Assembly: GCA_965234725.1 (NCBI GenBank)
Contig: CBDDUX010000088.1
Span: 1-10,716 of the forward strand
DNA length: 10,716 nucleotides
Direction: 5' to 3'
Source of the DNA: Thermoplasmatota archaeon
Lineage (GTDB): Archaea > Thermoplasmatota > Penumbrarchaeia > Penumbrarchaeales > Penumbrarchaeaceae
Position 1 is the first letter of the stretch. The number at the start of each line of letters is the position of its first letter. The notes under the pieces are model-generated. The model had not been told where the DNA came from, searched no databases, and saw only the letters and a program-made list of their open reading frames with translations. Positions 1 through 8,400 of this stretch are shown here, in pieces. A program made the translations under genes and the position numbers.

Positions 1-465
1 ACTAACAATAACGAGTTCTGCCCTGCCAATTGTCTTCGCCCCGAAGAAGTTTAAAACCACAAAAACCGAGATCAATATGGTTTCGGTTGCTGCCATAGAG
101 ATGAAGTTCACATTCAATCCCATAAATGGCAGAAAATACCCAGCGAAACCTTTGAGAAACAATGAGATGGAAACAATGTAACTCACAAGTATCAGGATAC
201 TCATTGTTCCTGTCCAGATATTATCCCCTATCCCCTTGATGATGAACTCTATAGGCCCTGAATTGGAAGTGATCTTCGAGCTCAACTTTGAGTAGGAATA
301 AGCGACCATTAACGCAAGCGAAGAGGAAATAAGGAAAGCGATAGGGAGGTTGGGACCAGCGATCTTAACTCCAACTCCGAAAACGGAGAAGATGCTGGCT
401 CCTATCATTGTTCCGACTCCGATCGAAACAGCTTCTATCAATCCGATCTTATTACCCTTCATCAT
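1..465 (-). CDS. APC-superfamily amino acid permease, ApcT/MJ0609-like; only the N-terminal 155 codons are present, the gene runs off the left edge
   Basis: Absent from the ORF track, so translated by hand from ATG at 465: MMKGNKIGLIEAVSIGVGTMIGASIFSVFGVGVKIAGPNLPIAFLISSSLALMVAYSYSKLSSKITSNSGPIEFIIKGIGDNIWTGTMSILILVSYIVSISLFLKGFAGYFLP...LNFFGAKTIGRAELVIVS, open to base 1. TM1 motif MIGASIFS and the segments AYSY, GDN and KGFAGYFLP match my recollection of Methanocaldococcus ApcT. Confidence 0.93.
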   Translation of the reverse strand, partial: MMKGNKIGLIEAVSIGVGTMIGASIFSVFGVGVKIAGPNLPIAFLISSSLALMVAYSYSKLSSKITSNSGPIEFIIKGIGDNIWTGTMSILILVSYIVSISLFLKGFAGYFLPFMGLNVNFISMAATETILISVFVVLNFFGAKTIGRAELVIVS

Positions 466-536
466 ATCCCTTTGAAAGACCAATGGACTTCTGACATGCT
501 ATTAATAATGATAAACTGGTTGAATGCATGAAATGA

Positions 537-1001
537 TCAATCCTGACAATGTCCGGTTCTATCCCTTATGAGAAATACCGGACAGCATGCGTGTCTGACC
601 ACTTTCTCCGCGGTTCCTCCTATCAGAAGATGAAGGAGTCCTCCTTTTCCATGAGTCCCCATGACGATCAGATCATAATCCTTTGAAGCTTCTATGATCT
701 CATTCGCAGGATTTCCTAAGATGATCCCGGATTTCGCATCTATTCCATTATTCATTGAAATTTTCTTATATTCCTCGACCATTTCTTCTGCACTTTTCTC
801 TAATTGTTGTTGGATCTGCTCCTGGGAGACCTCTATACCTTCCAATCCTGGCATCCCCCAACTTGCGGGGATATTCTCATTCACATGCAGAATGAACACA
901 TTGCTCCCGAACGTTTTTGCAAGGGACAATGCATTCTTGAGAGCTTTCTTTGACAGGTCAGACCCATCGATCGGTACCAATATTTTCTTGTATTCTTCCA
1001 T
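537..1001 (-). CDS. uspA: Universal stress protein (single USP domain, UspA/MJ0577-like)
   Basis: N-terminal YKKILVPIDGS, GNPANEII, DLIVMGTHGKGGLLHLLIGGTAEKVVRHACCPVFLIR (G-x2-G-x9-G nucleotide-binding loop). AGGAGG Shine-Dalgarno upstream. The symbol is family-level only. Confidence 0.95.
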   Translation of the reverse strand: MEEYKKILVPIDGSDLSKKALKNALSLAKTFGSNVFILHVNENIPASWGMPGLEGIEVSQEQIQQQLEKSAEEMVEEYKKISMNNGIDAKSGIILGNPANEIIEASKDYDLIVMGTHGKGGLLHLLIGGTAEKVVRHACCPVFLIRDRTGHCQD

Positions 1002-1010
1002 TTTCAGCTG

Positions 1011-1016
1011 CCTCCT
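1011..1016 (-). promoter_or_regulatory. Shine-Dalgarno site (AGGAGG) of the USP gene
   Basis: + strand cctcct at 1011-1016, 9 nt upstream of the ATG at 1001. Confidence 0.75.
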
Positions 1017-1278
1017 TGTTCTTTTAACTGCTTAACTTGATCTTTTTGGAATACCTATTTCGATATTGAAAATTCTTCCATTCAATGAGACCGTTTTCTC
1101 TTGAATTCAATTCTATGAAAGCCCTTATTAGGGACAATTTTTGTGAATTGTTACTTTTTTCCGGATCATTTGTGATGATCCCACCTTCTTCGCTCCTCGA
1201 AGGGCTGGGGGATCAGAGGGTTCTTCACAGGACCTTCCTAGTTCCTCAGTCTGGAAACCTCATAAGATTTTGCATTAG

Positions 1279-1300
1279 TACATGTTTTGATTAACATGTA
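1279..1300. repeat. Perfect inverted repeat TACATGTT-N6-AACATGTA, candidate operator
   Basis: Arms at 1279-1286 and 1293-1300; another TACATGT at 1341-1347. The regulatory role is inference. Confidence 0.45.
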
Positions 1301-1572
1301 AGTCAAATCTCAATATATTCGGGCTTCTTCTTGAAATATTTACATGTCACAAAAAAAAGCATTGGTGGCTCACATTTGTGTCAAACCTGTGGAAATTGCT
1401 GAGGCCATTGATATTGAATATGGATCATGATTTGACCATGTTTTGGGGTGGAGATATCATGGCTCGTCAAGAATGCTTTGTGGTATAGCCAGGCTATTTC
1501 TCAATGATATTATATGAGCGCTAGAGGAAAGTGATATTCGTGGTAATTACCCAAGGTCCTTTAAACTTTAAT

Positions 1573-2064
1573 TCAATCTGTTGTGAAATCGTCTGGAAGG
1601 TAGATCCAACCTGAACGATCACCTTTGTAAAGTATGCCTATCGTTGCACCTTCATATTCCTCTGTAAGACTGGTTATCACAATATTATCTGTCGGATCTG
1701 CAGTTTCGGGATTCCCAGAGAAATCATCATGCCACACTGAAACAATTCCAAATCTGGAGGGTTCATTTTCATATTCATAGGGTGTGGCACTTGGAATATC
1801 AATATAATCCCCAATTTTTACGGAAATAGTAATAAGAATCCATTTATAGTCCATGTCATAAGGATCGATATCATCGATCGTTATATGTGCATCCCAGACC
1901 GTAACATTGTCCTGGTCCCTTGATTCGACCTTTTCTATCATAAGTGTGAATCTTACCTTTACCCCGTCTTCCCTACCGGGTTCAGAGCAGCCTGCCATCA
2001 TTAGCATTGGAATGATCAGTGAAATGGGTATCAGGGCTTTGATAAAATTATTCTCGATCCTCAT
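1573..2064 (-). CDS. Predicted lipoprotein / surface protein of unknown function
   Basis: Hydrophobic leader ending in a lipobox-like MAG-C26 (ALIPISLIIPMLMMAGC). Acidic mature domain with beta-strand patterning. GGTGG SD-like element and TATA-like box upstream. Confidence 0.8.
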   Translation of the reverse strand: MRIENNFIKALIPISLIIPMLMMAGCSEPGREDGVKVRFTLMIEKVESRDQDNVTVWDAHITIDDIDPYDMDYKWILITISVKIGDYIDIPSATPYEYENEPSRFGIVSVWHDDFSGNPETADPTDNIVITSLTEEYEGATIGILYKGDRSGWIYLPDDFTTD

Positions 2065-2095
2065 AATAATCCCACCGATCCATGAGGATGGGTAG

Positions 2096-2113
2096 TATTA
2101 AAAATTTTTTTTT
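2096..2113 (-). promoter_or_regulatory. Archaeal-type BRE/TATA promoter candidate for the lipoprotein gene
   Basis: Minus strand reads AAAAAAAAA-TTTTTAATA, ending about 31 nt upstream of the ATG at 2064, typical spacing for a short-leader archaeal transcript. Confidence 0.5.
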
Positions 2114-2444
2114 AGGACCCGAAAACCATTTTTCCTCTGTTCTTTTCACTACTTCGAAGGGAATAATATGAATTGGGGTATCCACTTAGCTCCCAAAGAC
2201 ACATGAAATCTGCAATTACAAAGATATTTATATATCAATATATTTTAGATAATATCTGCCGTTATATGCCATTATATCATAAAACTTTTAGGAGTAAAGT
2301 GGATACCCCATTTAATATGAATGAAATCTATCACATTTTATTATCCAAATCTTGGTTATATCTGCCATCACGATCACCTCCAATATTAACCTGAAGCAAG
2401 GATCCATGCTTATGCTGAATATCGGATTCATCACGGTAATCGAT

Positions 2445-5400
2445 TCATTCTTCATCAAGCAATCCTTTCCTTGGTTTCACCATAATGATAATAATTACGG
2501 CTCCAAGGATCAATATGATTACAAGGACCAATACAATGACGAACAGAAGATACGGGAATCCATTTTCTTTATCATCATCCTTATCGTCATCATCATCATC
2601 TTGGTCCGCAACCTCGACAACGGTCACCACCATAGTATCTGTATCCCAAAGACCTGCATTACTGGTAACGTTCAGAGTGATAGTGTAATTCCCCGGTATT
2701 TCAAAGTGGTGTAAGGGGGATACCCCGTCAAGGATAACATCTTCGTATCCGTCATTGAATGTCCATGTGTAGGTCACGATCCCGATCTCATCCGTACTAC
2801 CGCTTCCGTCGAAAGTGACATTTGTTCCCTTTTCCACAGTCTGGTCCGGACCGGCGTTGGCTGTAGGTGCGGAAATGATCGAAACGGTTGTGATGGCCTC
2901 GGATAATTGATCTTTCTCTTCCCTATGACCTACATAATCGGTTGCTACCGAGTAGAAACCGTATGTGCTGTTCACGGTTCCATTGAATTCCGAGGATGTG
3001 AGGTTGGTTCCCTCCAGCCAGAGGGTCCATGGTTCTTCATTCTCCTTCAGATAGATGTCATATCCGGCAATCCCAGAACCTCCTTCATCGTCCTGACCAC
3101 TCCAGGAAACAGTAAAATTCTGGCCTTCATGTTCGGTCAAAGCATTCACCTGGCTTTCAGGTGGTCCCGCATCGATAGTGACCAGGGCCTCGAGGTCCGG
3201 AGAGGTTCCTTTTGACCTATCAAGAGGATCGATCTGATTGGTGTCTATCTCCATGCCTAGATTGAACTGTATGGTTGCAACGTTCCTGATCTCTGTCCCA
3301 CTAGGAAGGTCAGATCTCGGATCGATGTTGTACATGAAGTATCCCTGCCCCCTTCCAGTGTCATCTTCCGGTGGAAGGAATCCAATGTTCACCTCCGGTG
3401 GTAGTTGGGTGATCGGGTCTATGGAATCTATCATCACGAATACCTCACCTTTTGTTGTGTCGATCTCCCCAATGATGTGCAATTCGATCTCCATATCGTA
3501 ATCGTCGTCCTTGTAGCTGTATTCCATGACCTCATCAACATATGTTGTCCCCGGTTCCAGCGGTAATGCAAAATCCCCGAATCCAATTTCTGTGAACTCG
3601 AACGTGGACCAGTCGAGGTCCTCCGATAACGGATCCAATATAGTCACGATTTGAGCGGGAGCTGTTGCCTCTTCCATATTCTCGAATTCGACGATATAGG
3701 AAAGTTGTGTCCCTTCAGCCACATGGTTTCCTGGACCGATACCCATCAAGCATTCCTTGTGATTGGGATCCAGTGGGGTCAGCGTGTTCGCCGGCTCGAA
3801 GTCAAATAGTGAGGCGATAAACTTGATCCCTTTGTAGATCCCAACAGCAGCGATCACCACGGCTGCACCAATTAAAAGGGGAGCGGCGATAGGAGCCACT
3901 GCCGCGAGAGTACCAAGCGATAATAAGGTGCTAACCCCCGTGACTATATCCACTCCCGCTCCTACGAATTGGGCATCAGTTGAACTTATAAAATTGCTGG
4001 AGGCACCTTCAGCTAACGTTCCCCATGGGACGTAATTACTTGCCGCACTGGCGAAAAGACCTTCCGGGTCGACAAGGTTTGTTGGAGAATTGTGGACATA
4101 TCGATAGAGGTTGAGATCGTTGCCGCCGATCCCTAAGGGGTCCATGGAGGTGAAGCGTCCTGTTTGTGGATCGTATTGCCTTGCCCGCATGTGGACAAGA
4201 CCCGTCGTATCGGTCATCACACCTTTCTCTCCGACGAACCTGAAAGGATTGGGAACTGATCCCTGCTCTGAAATGATATCTCCGAAGGGCATATAGGAGT
4301 ATGAATTCACCGATGCTCCCGTGGAGTCTGTAAGTTCCTGCGTATTTCCCATCAGATCGAAATTGTAGAAATAGGATTCCCCGGTTCCTGTTTCCATACT
4401 AACAAGGTCTGAACCGTAGATGTACCTTGACATCATCGTGCCGTTCTCATCGTAAGCACCTACCACCTCTCCCATTCCCATCGGGTCAACCACAAGATAT
4501 GATGAATTGCCGTTTTCGGTGATGGAAACACGGTTTCCCAGTCCGTCGTAGGTGTATGACCAGATGTCCTCCCCTTTGGAAACACTGATCAGACGATTAT
4601 CATCATTGTAGGTATAAGTGGTTGTGCCATTTGGTCCTGCTTCCGATATAAGATTTCCATCAGAATCGTAGGTATAGCTCACATTTCCGACCATTATGTA
4701 TTGGTTGAGTTCGTTGGATTGATAGAATTCCTCTACCCCGTTCAATACGGTTCGGACCCGATTGCCCATGGAGTCATAATTATATTCAATGTCCTGAGCA
4801 GGGGCCTCGGGGTCCCTGCAAGGATCGAAAACTGCTTTGACGAGTTGATCCCTGTCATCGTAAGAATAGTGCCAGTTTCCTTCTCGGTTACTGGTGTTTT
4901 TTATCCTTCCACAGGCATCATAGGTGTATCTGAACCATGAAATGACCGTTTCGTCGGGTTTGAAATTCGCCAGTTTCGTGATCCTTCCGGCGGCATCATA
5001 CCCATAAGTGGTATACACTCCATTCTCCAAGGTTTTTGTGGACAATCTTCCCAGCGGATCATATTCATACTTGACAATGTCGATTCCGGTGGATGTCATC
5101 AATCCTTCAAGACGACCAGCGTGATCATAATCGTAGTTTATCCTGTTCCCCAGATGATCGATGCTTGCGCTTCTGCGACGAGCATTATCGTATGTGAACG
5201 ACAACCACTGCCCATTAGGATAGTCTATATGGGTCAGGAGATCGTTGGAGTTGTAGGTATAGTTCGTCACCCCTGTCGAATCCTCCATGGATATCAGGTT
5301 CCCTCTATCGTCATAATTGTAAACAATCTCCGAACCATCCGTATATCTCTTCGAGGTGATCCTCCCTTTGGAATCATGGGAGAAGCTGGTTGTGTTACCC

Positions 5401-8400
5401 CGCCTGTTCGTCAAGGTGATGAGGTTTCCCTTTTCATCATATGATCCGGTCTCTGCGCTTCCGTCAGGATGTATGATCCCGATCAAATTGCCATTATCGT
5501 CAAGGTCGTATCCCATACTGGACCCGTCAGGATAGATGATCCGTTCCATCAGATCGAGTTCCTGATCATATTTGACCTGATATTCATAACCTGCTCTGTC
5601 CTTCATTTCTATAATATTCCCTTTGAAATTGTCGTACTCTATCGATAATCCGGCCGGATCCGTGATCGTTTCTATCATTCCCAGTCCATCGTATATGACA
5701 CAGTAAGAATCACCAAGTGCATTATCGTATCTGATCACTCTTCCCTGATGGTCATGGAAGAACCGTTCTGTGTTTCCAAGAAGATCGGTTATCCTCACCA
5801 AGCCCTGACCATATACGAAGGTGTGCCTCTCCAGTTCTTCTTCACGGTAATGGGAACTGATAGCTCCGTGGCTGTTGTAGGTTATGTATATCCTGCTATC
5901 TCCCAGGGGTGTGATGCCAGTGAGAGCATGTTCCGATGGCGATCCTTCTGTTTTGTCATAGTAGTAGACTTCATTATATCCATCGAAGTATTCAACGGAT
6001 GTCAGATATCCGTCGTCATATGAGTAGGTGTTTGTCCTATCATAACTATCGGTAATTTGGTCTATCAATCCGTCCCCGTTGTAAGATATCTGTATGTATG
6101 ACCCGGATGAATGGACCAGTTTGCCCAGGGAACCATCGACATATTGACAGGTTATACTGTTCCCGTTAGTGTCCTCGATGTAACCAAGGGTCCCGTCGGA
6201 ATTGAAGAACAGTGTGTTCCCATATTTCTCCTGAAGTATGAAATTATCCAGCGGAGTCTTTTTCAGTTTTCCCCAATCTCCAGGTTGGGACATGTAGGCG
6301 TTATATGATCTGACATTTGGTTGGAAGATCCGTACATTTCCTGTGTTGTCCTTTATTTTAACAGTCCCGTCAACTTCCTTCTCTAGGGAATATTGCCAGT
6401 TGTGCATCCAACCCCGTCCCAGATCTCCCTCCTCAAATCGCCTCGAGATCGAGTTTGGATAGTATCGTTCTAAGGTAAGGTCCAGACCAGGGTCATCGAG
6501 TCCGATATCATTTCTGGAATACACGGATGAATATGGTGTCCAGCCATTGGCCTGTTGCAAAGTCAAAGACAGAATCTCATCGACATCCTCGATCCTTTGT
6601 CCAAACTGGTATAGATGTAATGCGTTATCATTCAAGGTTTGTATGAAATCTCCGTATGTGGGTCCGATCTCATTCTTGAAATTTTCCCAGATGACATTCC
6701 AAGCATCTTCACTAATATCTTCAGGGATCATTTTTTCCTTGGCCCCATCCCAATCCATTATATTGTCATCCTCTTCGGTGATAATATAAAGCTGCCATTC
6801 CAGATCCGATCCGAATGCGGGATAGGGCGGCTCCCAACCGGCATAATAGATCGGGATCCTCCTGGTCTCCCCCGCTTGAAGAATACCGGGTATCTCTCCC
6901 GAGGCCAGTATCATTAGTTCGTTTTGGAATCCTTCCGGTACAAGGTCTGCCGGGGTTTCCGGTATGGTGCCAGCCTTCATACCGGCTGTCCATATCCCAT
7001 ATTCCAACCGAGCTTCATCATGTGTGAGCATGCAACCCCGCCTATCATCCGGACCTGAAATGGCTGTCAAAAATAGAAGGGGGGCCCTCATAGAAATATC
7101 ACCCGTATTCGCATATTCCACATACACTATGGAATGCTCATGGTAACCCGTCCATGGTCCGGGGTCGATACTTGCTTCGAATTTTGCCTCTCCTTCTTCC
7201 AGGATCTCCAGGGAATCCTTCAGTTCTGAAGAACCATTTCCTGGACGGACCACACGGGTATCATAGATATCTACGGGAAGGAGGTTCCCCTTTACATAGG
7301 CAATTATCAGATTGGGAGTGTTTACATTGACCAGTGGTACTTCATAGTTTGTGCCATCCGATCCGACGAAGATAACCTGGAGGGGTTCTGCAAAACCAAT
7401 TCCCCTGAGAATCAGATCCACGGGGACACCGATTATATGTCTTGAGGGTGCCACATCTTCCAGAATCAGTTCCACGACATCGAATTTTATTGAAAAGCTG
7501 CCGGAATCGACCATGTCATCCCCATGAACCAGGACATACCATTTTCCGGAATAAGCTGATTGAACTGATAATTCCCCATTGTCGGAATGATGATCATGTT
7601 TGGACCTTGTGGGGAGGTCTCCGTGTCTTACCATCATCTCCAAGCCGTCAGGACCTTCCAGGGTCAGGTGGATGTTCTTGGAGGAGGGAAGTTTGATCAT
7701 GTAATACTGGTCTAACGTTCCGATTGGGTACTCACTGTTATGTTCGATCCCCTCCTTGAGTTCAGGAATTGCTATGTTGAAGGTCACCTCTTTCTCATTG
7801 TTCAGACGGTGTCTTTCCACAAAGGACCATTCATCGTTGGCAGACATTATCAGGTAATAGGGTCCCTCGACCAAGGGTGGAATGGTGATGTTCAGGAACC
7901 ATGCATAACCTCCGTTTTTTGATATATTCTTTGAAACGATCGTAGAATTCAACATCATATCCATTGAATCAAGATAAGGATCATTGGAGAGATAGATGGA
8001 ATCCTTCCAGGTCTCTCCGGTCACTGTTGCCTCTTCAGAATTGACAACGGTGTAGGTTATCGCCGCGGTTTCGTCGATTGCCAATGTTTCAGGGACGTTG
8101 ATACTGGTTACCCTCAGGTCCGGAAAAGATGGTGTACCATCGATGACATCGAAACTCATTGTATCCTTTTTCAGATATTCCTTACGGTTCAGGGTGAAGG
8201 AATATGAGATATCTTCAGTACCTGGAGAAGAGAATTGGATCAAACCCGGGTTCTTTGATGAGGAGGTCCTGTCGTCACCGAATGTCCAGAGATATCCTAT
8301 ATTCGGATCAGGTGAGGAGGATCCCCTGAATCTCAATGAGTCACCTTCCACCAGGGTGCCGATATGCTTTGGTGAAAGGATCCTTGCTCCTTGTGCATTC

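Noticed and set aside
1172..1178. C/D-box sRNA box C (GTGATGA) on the + strand
   Set aside because: No CTGA box D at a suitable distance downstream.
1214..1253. Hammerhead-ribozyme-like layout on the minus strand (CAGA-CTGAGGA-stem-GAAG-AACCC-TCTG)
   Set aside because: The core has GAAG and C-C where GAAA and U-H are required, stem III would be about 1 bp, and stem II is bulged. Most likely chance.
694..2394. + strand ORFs 694-1035, 1085-1294, 1907-2095 and 2173-2394
   Set aside because: Either antisense to real genes or short intergenic frames without an SD or protein-like features.
2571..2600. (ATC)n trinucleotide tract as a contingency repeat
   Set aside because: In frame, interrupted, and explained by the poly-Asp linker; slippage would change only linker length.
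3781..4020. Low-GC, recently swapped toxin tip typical of polymorphic Rhs loci
   Set aside because: A hand count gives about 51% GC, with no drop, and no orphan RHS-core/tip modules are present in the window. Four of ten Leu codons in the cargo are TTA, but the sample is too small to use.
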